In this document: one piece after another, positions 6,411-16,371 of the stretch
Layout: the number at the start of each line of letters is the position of its first letter
Position numbering within the stretch: position 1 is the stretch's first letter
Source of the DNA: a virus
Lineage: Duplodnaviria > Caudoviricetes
IMG/VR virus record: IMGVR_UViG_3300030106_001108
Span: 1 to 52,259 of that record
Reading direction: 5' to 3' (one strand)
Length of the DNA: 52,259 nucleotides
Notes under the pieces: generated by a model
Database searches by the model: none
Told to the model about the DNA's origin: nothing
What the model saw: only the letters and a program-made list of their open reading frames with translations
Position numbers and translations under genes: made by a program

Positions 6411-8831
6411 ATGGCTGTAGAAAAAGAATTACTTAATATCGATAAAGACGGTTCAATAGATATAGAAATAGCAGAAGCTATGGCAGGTGCAGCACCAGAA
6501 CCTATGAGTACGGAAGTTCAATTACCAGAAGAAATGAACGTACAAGGTGAGCTTACTTCAGCTTTTGAAATAGATCAAGACGGTAACGTAGTTCCCATGT
6601 TTGAACAAGAAGAAGTTACGGTATCCGATCATCAAGCTAATCTTGCTGAGTCACTAGACTCCTCCGACTTATCCACATTAGCTAGTGAACTTTTAGAAGC
6701 ATACGATTCAGATAAAGATTCTCGACAAGATTGGCTTGATACTTTTAGTAAAGGTTTAGAACTATTAGGTATAAAAACAGAAGAAAGAGAAGAACCATTC
6801 CCAGGTGCAACAGGCGTACATCACCCATTATTAAGTGAAGCCGTAACACAATTTCAAGCTCAATCCTATAAAGAGTTGTTACCTCCTGGTGGACCAGTAA
6901 AAACTAGAGTGATGGGTAACGAAACACCTGAAGTAGCAGGTCAAAATCAACGTGTAAAAGAATTTATGAACTATCAAATCACTGAAGTCATGAAAGAATA
7001 TGACCCAGAGATGGATAGTTTACTGTTTTACCTACCGTTAGCAGGCAGTGCATTTAAAAAAGTGTATTACGATAACCTTTTAGGTAGAGCTACTAGCCGA
7101 TTAGTCAAAGCTGAGAACTTAGTAGTAGCTTATGAGACCGTTGATTTAGAAACTAGCCCACGTTTTACCCACGTAATGACTATGACAGGCAACGATTTAA
7201 AGAAATTACAGCTAAACGGGACATATAAAAACATAGAAATAGGTGATGCGTCACCAGATATTGACATAAATGAAGCAAAAGAGAAGATGGATGAGCTACA
7301 AGGCATATCTCCATCAATGACAGACTACGATGAGTACACAGTTTTAGAGATGCATGTCAATTTAGAGCTATCAGATGAGGATAATTATGGTTTTGCGGTG
7401 CCTTATGTAGTCACAATACTAGAAGAACAGGGCGAAATACTGTCAATTAGGCGTAATTGGGAAGCAGAAGACGAATTATTCAATAAAAAAGAGTATTTTG
7501 TACATTATAAGTTCCTTCCAGGACTAGGATTTTACGGTTTTGGGCTAATTCACATGATTGGAGGGCTAACTAAGTCCGCAACAGCTATTTTACGTCAATT
7601 AGTTGACGCTGGTACGCTTAGTAACCTGCCTGCAGGCTTTAAAGCACGTGGAATGAGAGTACAAGGCGAAGATGAGCCTCTCAGACCAGGAGAATTTAGA
7701 GATGTTGACGTTCCAGGGGGCGTAATACGTGATGCATTGATGCCTTTACCTTATAAAGAGCCTAGTGCCGTGTTAAGTCAGTTATTAGGCATAATTATTG
7801 ACTCTGGAAGACGTTTTGCTTCAATTGCTGACATGAATGTAGGTGATATAGGCTCACAACAGCTACCAGTAGGCACAACAGTAGCTATGTTAGAACGTGG
7901 CAGTAAAGTCATGAGTGCTATACATAAACGTATGCATTATGCACAGAAAAAAGAATTTAAACTGTTAGCTAGTATTTTTAGTAGAAGCTTACCCCCGATT
8001 TACCCCTATGAAGTACCAGGAGCATCAAAAGAAATAAAAGCTTCTGATTTTGACTCAAAAATTGATATAATTCCTGTAAGTGACCCTAATATCTTTAGTA
8101 TGGCACAAAGAGTGATGTTAGCTCAACAAGAGTTAGAAATGGCACGAGCAGCACCAGAAATACACGATTTACGAGAAGCGTACAAACGCATGTACGAAGC
8201 TTTAGAGGTAAAAAACATAGATATGCTTTTACCACCTCCACCCGATATTCCTGCACGTGACCCTATAACCGAGCAACAAGTAGTACTAACTGGTCAACCT
8301 ATAAAGGCTTATCCTTTCCAAAATCACGATGCATATATTGCTAGTCATAGTGCGTTTTTACAAAACCCAATGGTACAACAAAATCAAAACGCTACTATTG
8401 CGATTCAAGCCAATATACAAGAACATCAAGCTATGAAGTATAAACAGCAGATTGAACAAGTACTAGGTCAGCAGTTACCAGAAATGGGTGAAGGTCAAAT
8501 GCCACCTGAGGTTATGAATGAAATAGCAAACATGGCAGCACAAGCTACTCAAGTAGTAACAGGTCAAGAGCAAGCCTTAATACAAGCACAGCAAAACGCA
8601 CAAGTACAACCGCTAGTAGAATTAAAACAAGCAGAAATACAACAAAAAGCACAGAGTGACCAAATAAAAGCTGAGGTAGATTTACGTAGACAACAATCAG
8701 CAGAAGCGATAGCTGAAATGAAAATAGCACAACAAAGAGAAGAAGCTCAAATGAAAGAGAACGAAAATGTACGTAAAGAATATAGAGAACTATTAAAAGA
8801 CGTAAGGGACGCAGATAACAGTGTTGAATAG
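6411..8831 (+). CDS. Portal protein (P22-like)
   Basis: Follows terL; 806 aa; HPLLSEAV..FQA, LPLAGSAFKKVY and FYGFGLIH motifs; Gln-rich coiled-coil C-terminus. Confidence 0.9.
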   Translation: MAVEKELLNIDKDGSIDIEIAEAMAGAAPEPMSTEVQLPEEMNVQGELTSAFEIDQDGNVVPMFEQEEVTVSDHQANLAESLDSSDLSTLASELLEAYDSDKDSRQDWLDTFSKGLELLGIKTEEREEPFPGATGVHHPLLSEAVTQFQAQSYKELLPPGGPVKTRVMGNETPEVAGQNQRVKEFMNYQITEVMKEYDPEMDSLLFYLPLAGSAFKKVYYDNLLGRATSRLVKAENLVVAYETVDLETSPRFTHVMTMTGNDLKKLQLNGTYKNIEIGDASPDIDINEAKEKMDELQGISPSMTDYDEYTVLEMHVNLELSDEDNYGFAVPYVVTILEEQGEILSIRRNWEAEDELFNKKEYFVHYKFLPGLGFYGFGLIHMIGGLTKSATAILRQLVDAGTLSNLPAGFKARGMRVQGEDEPLRPGEFRDVDVPGGVIRDALMPLPYKEPSAVLSQLLGIIIDSGRRFASIADMNVGDIGSQQLPVGTTVAMLERGSKVMSAIHKRMHYAQKKEFKLLASIFSRSLPPIYPYEVPGASKEIKASDFDSKIDIIPVSDPNIFSMAQRVMLAQQELEMARAAPEIHDLREAYKRMYEALEVKNIDMLLPPPPDIPARDPITEQQVVLTGQPIKAYPFQNHDAYIASHSAFLQNPMVQQNQNATIAIQANIQEHQAMKYKQQIEQVLGQQLPEMGEGQMPPEVMNEIANMAAQATQVVTGQEQALIQAQQNAQVQPLVELKQAEIQQKAQSDQIKAEVDLRRQQSAEAIAEMKIAQQREEAQMKENENVRKEYRELLKDVRDADNSVE

Positions 8832-9009
8832 AGCTAATTTTGAAGAATTGATGGGCGGTAACGCTAATCGTAGAAGACTCAGAAACGGTGGAGTGCCAAA
8901 GGGCTATCATAGAATGCCAGATGGTACTATAATGAAAGATTCTGATATGAAAAAGAAAACTAATGGCGGGTCAATGACTAACGCCAAAAAACATTTAAGG
9001 AGACCATAA
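8821..9009 (+). CDS. Small basic protein
   Basis: 62 aa; GYHRMPDGTIM motif; overlaps the portal stop. Confidence 0.7.
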   Translation: MLNRANFEELMGGNANRRRLRNGGVPKGYHRMPDGTIMKDSDMKKKTNGGSMTNAKKHLRRP

Positions 9010-9010
9010 A

Positions 9011-9175
9011 ATGCCAGGAAATAGAGGTAAAAAGAAAAAAGTAAAAAAAGTAATGATGAATCGAGGTGGCGGTGGCGACAAGCTCAAACTCAAAAGGGGC
9101 GGTGGAGCTAAAAAGAAACGAGGTATGGCTAGAGGTTGCGGTAAAGCAACTAAAGGCAGGGGGTATAATAAATAA
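9011..9175 (+). CDS. 54-aa Lys/Gly-rich protein (not in the ORF track)
   Basis: Hand translation MPGNRGKKKK...ARGCGKATKGRGYNK; AGGAG upstream; fills the gap exactly. Confidence 0.75.
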   Translation: MPGNRGKKKKVKKVMMNRGGGGDKLKLKRGGGAKKKRGMARGCGKATKGRGYNK

Positions 9176-9504
9176 TGGCTAAACCAGGATTATACGCAAA
9201 CATACACGCTAAACGTAGAAGAATAAAAGCAGGCTCAGGCGAGAAAATGAGAAAACCTGGATCTAAAGGTGCACCTACAGCACAAAATTTTAAAGATGCT
9301 GCTAAAACTGCTAAAAAAGAGCATGGCGGAATAGTTAAAATGACTCATGGTGGTGACGGTAAAACACACGGTGGTCAGAAAAAACTTGATAAAAATAAAG
9401 ACGGTAAAATAACTGGTGCAGATTTTAAAATGATGAAGCACGGTGGACATGTCGTAGCAGGTAACGCAAACCGTAGGAGAAATAGACAAAGTGCCAAGAG
9501 CTAA
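9175..9504 (+). CDS. Small basic protein with an EF-hand-like loop
   Basis: PGLYANIHAKRRRI start; DKNKDGKITGADF is a DxNxDG loop. Confidence 0.8.
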   Translation: MAKPGLYANIHAKRRRIKAGSGEKMRKPGSKGAPTAQNFKDAAKTAKKEHGGIVKMTHGGDGKTHGGQKKLDKNKDGKITGADFKMMKHGGHVVAGNANRRRNRQSAKS

Positions 9505-9754
9505 ACCTAGGAGAGGAAAAGCTAGGGTAAAAGTAACTAAATCAGGTAAAAGGGTAAGTTACGGTCAAGCAGGTAAAGCCAAAGGTGGTGGTCCTAGAGT
9601 AAAACCAGGAACATCAAAAGGTGACTCTTACTGCGCAAGAAGTTACGGTATTAAAAAAAGATTATCAAAAAAGAAAAGAAATAATCCTAACACTCCTAAC
9701 AATTTATCCAGAAAAAGATGGAAGTGTGTAGGTAAAAAATCTAGAAGAAAATAA
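9491..9754 (+). CDS. Small basic protein
   Basis: SYCARS...SRKRWKC motif; very Lys/Arg-rich; GTG start. Confidence 0.75.
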   Translation: MPRAKPRRGKARVKVTKSGKRVSYGQAGKAKGGGPRVKPGTSKGDSYCARSYGIKKRLSKKKRNNPNTPNNLSRKRWKCVGKKSRRK

Positions 9755-9924
9755 TGTTAGATAAACTGCGTAAACAGATTATAGAACGACAAGAGGAACT
9801 AAAAAATACTCTTGCAGGTGGTGGAGTACAAAACTTTGAAAGTTACCACAGGATAGTAGGCGAAATAACAAGTCTGTCGTTTACTCTCTCACTTATACAA
9901 GACTTGCACAAGGACGATGATTAA
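9754..9924 (+). CDS. 56-aa helical protein upstream of GroES (not in the ORF track)
   Basis: Hand translation MLDKLRKQII...YHRIVGEI...KDDD; TAATG coupling. Confidence 0.75.
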   Translation: MLDKLRKQIIERQEELKNTLAGGGVQNFESYHRIVGEITSLSFTLSLIQDLHKDDD

Positions 9925-9926
9925 AA

Positions 9927-10388
9927 ATGTCAAAAAACATAAATGCCTTTGGTTCAGGCGGAGAACCAATACCCGATAAAGTAGAACGATTTACTGAACC
10001 TGTAGAGCCTGCACCTAGTGTGACTCCAGAATCAGTACATGAAGATGGTGACTTACAATCTAAGTTACCTAAACCCACAGGTTATAGAATTTTAATACTA
10101 CCTTTTAGTCCTAAACAAAAAACTAAAGGTGGTATTTATTTACATGATTCAGTGTTAGAAAAAGAACGTATAGGTACTAACGTTGGATATGTAGTAGCAC
10201 TCGGTCCAGATGCATACCGTGACTCAGGTAAATTTCCTGAAGGAGCTTGGTGTAAACCTAAAGACTGGGTGATATTTGGTAGGTATGCAGGAGCCAGACT
10301 CAAAATAGAGGGTGGTGAACTGCGTTTATTAAACGATGATGAAGTTTTAGCTGTTATCTCAGATCCTGAAGATATACAATCAGTTTAA
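9927..10388 (+). CDS. groES: Co-chaperonin GroES (Cpn10)
   Basis: KPTGYRILI, KTKGGIYL mobile loop, VVALGP, YAG, LLNDDEVLAVI. Confidence 0.92.
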   Translation: MSKNINAFGSGGEPIPDKVERFTEPVEPAPSVTPESVHEDGDLQSKLPKPTGYRILILPFSPKQKTKGGIYLHDSVLEKERIGTNVGYVVALGPDAYRDSGKFPEGAWCKPKDWVIFGRYAGARLKIEGGELRLLNDDEVLAVISDPEDIQSV

Positions 10389-10416
10389 ATGAATCACGCA
10401 CATAAGGAGAAATAAC

Positions 10417-11325
10417 ATGGCAGAAGAGGCTATGCAAGTAGAAGAAAATCAGGACGGTGCAGAAGTTGAGATCCCAGAGGTCGAAACTGAAGAAACTGAA
10501 TCTGAAGTAAAGATAGAAGAGACTGAAACCGAAACTGTTGAAGCTAAATCAGAGCAAGAAAGTGAGATAGAAGATTACAGTGAAGGAGTAAAAAAACGTA
10601 TAAATAAATTAACCTATAAGGTTAGAGAATCAGAAAGAAGAGAACAAGCAGCCATTGATTATGCTAAGTCTATTCAGGAAGAATTAAATAAAACTAAAAA
10701 TAAACTTTCAAAATCTGACGAAAACCTTTATAGTGAATACAGTACACGAGTAACTTCAGAGTTAAACTCGGCACAAGAGAGATATAAGAAAGCTCATGAG
10801 TCAGGTGACACAGACGCTTTGTTAGAGGCTCAAAAAGATTTAGCCAAGTTAGCAGTAGAAGAAGAAAGCTTAAAAAGGGTAAAACCTAAAAAAGCTGAAA
10901 CTGAAGAAGTTGTTCAAGATGAGCAGGATGCTAAACCAATATGGGAAAAGCAACCAGTACAAGAGGCTCCAGAGCCAGACCCTAAAGCACAGGCTTGGGC
11001 AAAAAAGAACGAATGGTTTGGAGACGACCTCGCTATGACAACTGCAGCATTTGCGTTTCATAGACAGCTCACAGAAGCAGAGGGTTATGATCCTACTTCT
11101 GATGAATATTATACAGAAGTAGATAAAAGGCTTGCTGAGGCTTTTCCTCATAAATTAGGAAAGTCTCAAAAAGAAGTGAAAGAGACGGTAGCAGGTTCTA
11201 GCAAAGGAGTTGGAACTACTAAAGCTCGATCACGTAGAACTATAAAACTCACACCGAGTCAAGTAGCGATAGCAAAAAGATTAGGTGTGCCACTAGAAGA
11301 ATATGCTAAGCATATTAAGGAGTAA
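10417..11325 (+). CDS. Putative capsid scaffolding protein
   Basis: Acidic coiled coil, VKKRINKLT, C-terminal LTPSQVAIAKRLGVPLEEYAK; upstream of the capsid gene. Confidence 0.75.
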   Translation: MAEEAMQVEENQDGAEVEIPEVETEETESEVKIEETETETVEAKSEQESEIEDYSEGVKKRINKLTYKVRESERREQAAIDYAKSIQEELNKTKNKLSKSDENLYSEYSTRVTSELNSAQERYKKAHESGDTDALLEAQKDLAKLAVEEESLKRVKPKKAETEEVVQDEQDAKPIWEKQPVQEAPEPDPKAQAWAKKNEWFGDDLAMTTAAFAFHRQLTEAEGYDPTSDEYYTEVDKRLAEAFPHKLGKSQKEVKETVAGSSKGVGTTKARSRRTIKLTPSQVAIAKRLGVPLEEYAKHIKE

Positions 11326-11328
11326 AAA

Positions 11329-11805
11329 ATGGTAGATAAAGATAAAACTACTGAACCAGATCGTTCTCCACGATCTGCTGAAAGTCGAGATAAAGAATCT
11401 CGCCGTAAACCTTGGCAACCCCCGTCTTTGTTAGACGCACCTCCCCCACCACAGGGATATGTCTACAGGTGGATACGTGAATCAATGATTGGTCAAAATG
11501 ACCCAGCGAATATGTCTAAACGTATTCGTGAGGGTTGGGAACCAGTAAGGGCAGAAGATCATCCAGATTTTGAAGCTCCTACCGTTGATGATGGTAAACA
11601 TGCTGGAGTCATAGGAGTTGGTGGCTTAATTCTCGCTAAGATCCCCAAGGAAACTGTTGATGAAAGAAGAGAGTATTATCAAAATCTCTCTGACTCTCAA
11701 ATACAAGCAGTCGATAATGATCTTATGAGAGAAAGTAACCAAGTAATGCCTATTAGTAATCCTAATAGAACTACTAAAGTTACATTTGGTAAAGGTGGTT
11801 CTTAA
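11329..11805 (+). CDS. Conserved head-region protein
   Basis: WQPPSLL..PPPP.GYVYRWIR...REGWEPV; position in the head operon. Confidence 0.75.
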   Translation: MVDKDKTTEPDRSPRSAESRDKESRRKPWQPPSLLDAPPPPQGYVYRWIRESMIGQNDPANMSKRIREGWEPVRAEDHPDFEAPTVDDGKHAGVIGVGGLILAKIPKETVDERREYYQNLSDSQIQAVDNDLMRESNQVMPISNPNRTTKVTFGKGGS

Positions 11806-11854
11806 TTTTATGTTAAGGGCTTAATAAAATTTATTTTTTATAAGGTGAATTAAA

Positions 11855-12394
11855 ATGGCAAATACAAATGCCCCAGACGGATTCACACCAGCTTATCATA
11901 TGTCAGGTGGCGTAATCAGACCTTCAGAATTTGCGATAGCAAGTGCTACTAATGCCTCGATTTTTTCAGGCGATGTAGTAAATCTCTCTAGTGGTTACGT
12001 TATACAGGGTACTGCAACAGGTACTCCACTCGGCGTATTTTACGGTGTAGAATTTACAGCAACCGATGGTTCAATTGTTTTCTCAAACATGTGGACTGCC
12101 GACACTGCTACATTAGGTTCTGCGGATGCTAAAGCTTTTGTATATGTTGATCCTGATATTGTTTACGAGGCTCAGTCTACTGGTACTCCTACACAAGCAT
12201 CTATAGGTACAACTAATACTATAAGCACAACCGCAGGTAATACTTCAACAGGTCGATCAAAAGAGGGTGTGACTACAACAACTTCTAGTGGTATTGCGAC
12301 AGTAGTAGGCTTCCCAGATAAGCCAAATAATTCTATTGGTCAATACGCTAGAGTGTATGTAACATTCCCAGCTTCTGTATTCGGCAATAGCTAA
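11855..12394 (+). CDS. Putative capsid decoration/cement protein
   Basis: Small beta-rich Ser/Thr/Gly protein immediately before the major capsid gene. Confidence 0.65.
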   Translation: MANTNAPDGFTPAYHMSGGVIRPSEFAIASATNASIFSGDVVNLSSGYVIQGTATGTPLGVFYGVEFTATDGSIVFSNMWTADTATLGSADAKAFVYVDPDIVYEAQSTGTPTQASIGTTNTISTTAGNTSTGRSKEGVTTTTSSGIATVVGFPDKPNNSIGQYARVYVTFPASVFGNS

Positions 12395-12407
12395 AAGGTG
12401 ATTTAAA

Positions 12408-13316
12408 ATGGCAATAAATAGAGCTCAATTAGTAAAAGAACTCGAACCAGGACTAAATGCACTTTTTGGTCTTGAGTACGACAGATACGAAAACGAACAT
12501 ACTGAAATTTTTGATACTGAAAATTCAGAAAGAGCGTTTGAAGAAGAAGTCATGCTATCAGGTTTCGGTCAAGCTCCCGTCAAAGGCGAGGGTGCAGCTG
12601 TGACTTATGATACAGCACAAGAAACTTTCACAGCAAGGTACAGCCATGAAACTGTAGCTTTAGCTTTCTCGTTGACAGAAGAAGCTATAGAGGACAACCT
12701 CTATGACAGCTTATCTTCAAGATACACTAAAGCTTTAGCTAGATCAATGGCTACTACTAAGCAAGTGAAAGCAGCAAATGTACTTAATAATGGTTTCTCA
12801 ACTTCCTTCCCAGGAGGCGACGGTAAACCTCTTATGACAACTGACCATCCTACCTTATCAGGTGGTGATCAGTCAAATGAGCCAAGCACCGCAGCTGACT
12901 TGAATGAAACTTCATTAGAAAACGCAATGATTGATATTTCACAGTTTGTTGATGAAAGAGGCATTAAAATTAATGTTCAAGCTAGAAAACTTATTATTCC
13001 ACCTCAACTACAGTTCGTAGCTGAGAGAGTGTTAAAAACTCCAGGAAGAGTAGGTACTTCTGATAATGATATTAACGCACTAAGCAACATGGGTATGCTC
13101 CCTGAGGGTTATGTGGTAAATCATTACTTGACAGATACTGATGCATTCTTCATTAAAACAGATGCACCTAACGGATTAAAACACTTCGTTAGATCTCCTA
13201 TGTCTACAGGCATGGAGGGTGATTTTGAAACTGGAAACGTTAGATACAAAGCAAGAGAGAGATACTCTTTCGGGTTTAGTGACTGGCGTGGAATCTACGG
13301 ATCTCCAGGAGCATAA
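12408..13316 (+). CDS. Major capsid protein
   Basis: MAINRAQLVKELEPGLNALFGLEY start, KARERYSFGFSDWRG end; strong terminator follows. Confidence 0.9.
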   Translation: MAINRAQLVKELEPGLNALFGLEYDRYENEHTEIFDTENSERAFEEEVMLSGFGQAPVKGEGAAVTYDTAQETFTARYSHETVALAFSLTEEAIEDNLYDSLSSRYTKALARSMATTKQVKAANVLNNGFSTSFPGGDGKPLMTTDHPTLSGGDQSNEPSTAADLNETSLENAMIDISQFVDERGIKINVQARKLIIPPQLQFVAERVLKTPGRVGTSDNDINALSNMGMLPEGYVVNHYLTDTDAFFIKTDAPNGLKHFVRSPMSTGMEGDFETGNVRYKARERYSFGFSDWRGIYGSPGA

Positions 13317-13332
13317 TTCGTTTTTCGAATTT

Positions 13333-13361
13333 AAAGGGAGTTTCGGCTCCCTTTCTTTTTT
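13333..13361 (+). terminator. Intrinsic terminator after the capsid gene
   Basis: AAAGGGAGT-TTCG-GCTCCCTTT followed by a T tract. Confidence 0.9.
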
Positions 13362-13467
13362 ATACAATACAGTATATCATTCAATTCTAGGGTTTATTAA
13401 CTTGTTCTATTAACTGACCTAGCAGACAAGCCAAGATAATAGAACTTATTTCCTCAGGAGGGAAATT

Positions 13468-13974
13468 ATGGCACAATCGACATTCTCAGGTCCAGTAAAA
13501 TCTTTAGCTGGATTTATATCAGCAGGTAATGCAGTAGTTGTTAGTTTAACAGCTGACACATCTCTTACAGTTGCAGCACACGCAGGTAAAATTCTTACTT
13601 GTAACGACGCAGACGGTAAGTTCACTTTACCTAGTATAGTAGCAACCGATCCAGGTGATAACTCAGATCCTAATCAATTAAATAACTTAGGGGCTTCTTT
13701 CTATTTCGTAGTAGAAACTGCAGCAACCGATATGGATATTTTAACTGATGGAACTGATAAATTCGTAGGCGGGTTATATACAGGTAAAGACGACGCTACT
13801 GGTAAAACATTTATATCAGGTGCATCTAACGATGTTATCACTATGAATGGTTCTACTAAAGGCGGACTAGCTGGTAGTATAGTAAAAGTTACAGCTATAG
13901 GATCAGCGAAATACGCAGTAGAGGGTATTATCTTAGGATCAGGAACTATAGTAACACCATTCGCTGACGCGTAG
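13468..13974 (+). CDS. Virion structural protein (minor capsid/head fibre candidate)
   Basis: MAQSTFSGPVKS start; GGAGG RBS; beta-rich. Confidence 0.7.
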   Translation: MAQSTFSGPVKSLAGFISAGNAVVVSLTADTSLTVAAHAGKILTCNDADGKFTLPSIVATDPGDNSDPNQLNNLGASFYFVVETAATDMDILTDGTDKFVGGLYTGKDDATGKTFISGASNDVITMNGSTKGGLAGSIVKVTAIGSAKYAVEGIILGSGTIVTPFADA

Positions 13975-13983
13975 GAGTAAATT

Positions 13984-14391
13984 ATGGCAGACGCAGTAAC
14001 CTCAACTACTATTGTTGATGATGATAGAAAAGCTATTATACAGCTCACTAACACATCAGACGGAACAGGTGAGTCAGCCGTAACAAAGGTTGATGTAAGT
14101 GCTTTAGCAACTAGAAAAGGTGATGGTGCAACTTGCACTGGATGCAAACTTGCTAAAATTACTTACTCAACTTTTGGTATGAGTGTTAAACTGCTATGGG
14201 ACGCTACTACAGACACTATATGTTGGGATTTAAATTCTGACTATAGTGATGATATAGATTTCTCAGAGTTTGGTGGTTTACAAAACACAGCAGCAGCAAG
14301 TGGTAAAACAGGTGATATAAAACTAACTACCACTGGACATGCTAGCGGTGACTCTTACGTCATAGTATTAACAATTATTAAAGAGTTTTAA
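13984..14391 (+). CDS. Virion structural protein
   Basis: AGGAG RBS; operon context. Confidence 0.7.
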   Translation: MADAVTSTTIVDDDRKAIIQLTNTSDGTGESAVTKVDVSALATRKGDGATCTGCKLAKITYSTFGMSVKLLWDATTDTICWDLNSDYSDDIDFSEFGGLQNTAAASGKTGDIKLTTTGHASGDSYVIVLTIIKEF

Positions 14392-14393
14392 TA

Positions 14394-15071
14394 ATGGCTA
14401 CTTCAGGTAGTAAAACATTCTCTTTAAGTATATCTGACACTATTGAAGAAGCATTTGAGTTAGCGGGTATCGAACTTAGAACGGGGTATGATGCAGAAAC
14501 TGCTAGACGGTCACTTAACATTATGTTTGCAGATTGGTCTAACAGGGGTGTTAATCTTTGGACTATAGAACAAGTTACAACTACTTTAACTTCAGGTACT
14601 TCAAGTTATACACTTAATTCTTATGATATTGATATAGTGTCAGCTGTTATACAACAGACTGATGGTAATTCAAACACCACAGATTTAAACATAGAACGTA
14701 TAGGTAGAACAGAGTATCTACAAATACCTGACAAAACTATAACTGGTAGACCAACTCAACTATTTTTAGATAGACAAACTACTCCTGTAGTAAAATTATG
14801 GCCAGTTCCTGATGACACATACACATATAAATTAATAGCGAACACTATCCAGCGTATAGATGATGTAACAGCTTCTAACGAAGATCCAGAAGTGCCGTCA
14901 AGATTTATACCTTGTATGGTCAGTGGGTTAGCTTATTATATAGCTATGAAGAAAAACCCAGAAAGAGTGGGGTTATTAAAACAACAATATGAACAGGATT
15001 TTAAACTAGCTGCAGATGAGGATCGTAATAGAGCTTCTTTGAGGCTCGTACCATCTAGGAGTTCTTATTAA
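14394..15071 (+). CDS. Putative head-tail adaptor
   Basis: IEEAFE..G...ARRSLN.MFADWSNRGVNLW, LWPVPD, GLAYYIA. Confidence 0.7.
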   Translation: MATSGSKTFSLSISDTIEEAFELAGIELRTGYDAETARRSLNIMFADWSNRGVNLWTIEQVTTTLTSGTSSYTLNSYDIDIVSAVIQQTDGNSNTTDLNIERIGRTEYLQIPDKTITGRPTQLFLDRQTTPVVKLWPVPDDTYTYKLIANTIQRIDDVTASNEDPEVPSRFIPCMVSGLAYYIAMKKNPERVGLLKQQYEQDFKLAADEDRNRASLRLVPSRSSY

Positions 15072-15430
15072 TGGCGTATGCTTCTGGTAAAAAATCTTTA
15101 GCTAGATGCGACAGATGCGGATTCGTAGAAAAATATCTTGATTTAAAAGAAGAATGGAATGGACTAAGGGTGTGTTCTGAATGTTATGAACCCAAACACC
15201 CACAACTTGACCCACAACCACATAGGGTAGACCCAGAGGCTATACGTAACCCTAGACCAACAGAACCAGCACCGACTTTGAGTTTAGGTAAAATAATAAT
15301 TTCAAACCCTAAAGATATAAACGGTGTAAGCTCACCTATAATGTGGGCTAAAAACAGTAACACCATAGGGACTCAGTTTGACGGTTATAAAGCTACAACT
15401 AGTCTTGGAACAGTAAATATAGTAACATAA
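15071..15430 (+). CDS. Zn-ribbon protein
   Basis: CDRCG...VCSEC.EPKHPQ. Confidence 0.75.
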   Translation: MAYASGKKSLARCDRCGFVEKYLDLKEEWNGLRVCSECYEPKHPQLDPQPHRVDPEAIRNPRPTEPAPTLSLGKIIISNPKDINGVSSPIMWAKNSNTIGTQFDGYKATTSLGTVNIVT

Positions 15431-15433
15431 ATT

Positions 15434-16084
15434 ATGAGCTGGACATATTCAACATTAAAAACTGCCATACAAGATTATATTGAAAGCACTGAAAGTAGTT
15501 TAGTAACAAACTTACCCAATTTTATTGAAAGTACAGAAGAAAGAATATTAAAATCTGTACAGTTAGATGTTTTTAGAAAAAACGTTACAGGCACAGCATC
15601 AAGTAGTAATTCTTATTTAGCTATGCCTAGTGACTTTTTAGCACCCTTTAGTTTAGCTGTTATAGACAGTAGTAGTAATTACAATTACCTAAAATTAAAA
15701 CATGTTTCTTTTATACGTGATTATCAGCCTGCTACAGCTACGACAGGCACGCCTAAGTACTATGCTGAATTTGATGAAAGTAGATTTATATTAGCACCTA
15801 CACCTAACAGTAGTTTTACATTTGAATTACATTATTTTTACAGACCAGCTTCACTTACGGCTGGAGCTGACAGCGGTACAACTTGGTTGTCTACTAACGC
15901 AATGAATGCTATGTTGTATGGTTGTTTAGTAGAAGCTTGTACTTACTTAAAAATGTTTGAAAGTATTCCTATATACGAACAAAAATATCAAGAAGCATTA
16001 GCTATGTTGAAAAATCTTGGTGAAGGAAAAGATACTAGAGATCAATATAGATATGATGAAATAAGGAGACAACCACAAGCATGA
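15434..16084 (+). CDS. Putative adaptor/tail tubular protein
   Basis: TYSTLKTAIQDY, GTPKYYA, LAPTPN, LYGCLVEA. Confidence 0.7.
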   Translation: MSWTYSTLKTAIQDYIESTESSLVTNLPNFIESTEERILKSVQLDVFRKNVTGTASSSNSYLAMPSDFLAPFSLAVIDSSSNYNYLKLKHVSFIRDYQPATATTGTPKYYAEFDESRFILAPTPNSSFTFELHYFYRPASLTAGADSGTTWLSTNAMNAMLYGCLVEACTYLKMFESIPIYEQKYQEALAMLKNLGEGKDTRDQYRYDEIRRQPQA

Positions 16085-16371
16085 TAGAGGTAGATACAGA
16101 GGTAGCTTTAGGCAGTATAGGTGTAGCGACTACTAATAATAGTGGACACACTCCAGAGTTTTGGGCACAACGTTGCACCGATCGTATTTGTGGTATATCA
16201 GAAAATGCTGCACCACATATACGACAACAAGCAGAAGCATATAAACTAGCTATTTATGAACAAGTACTATATCATATTAAACAGGCAATAAACAGCCATG
16301 TAGTTACTTTGAATAGTAAATTAACTAAACAAGGTCACGAGGACATGGCTAAAATTTTGAAGGAGCTATAA
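16081..16371 (+). CDS. Hypothetical protein
   Basis: Coupled ORF in the tail operon. Confidence 0.7.
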   Translation: MIEVDTEVALGSIGVATTNNSGHTPEFWAQRCTDRICGISENAAPHIRQQAEAYKLAIYEQVLYHIKQAINSHVVTLNSKLTKQGHEDMAKILKEL

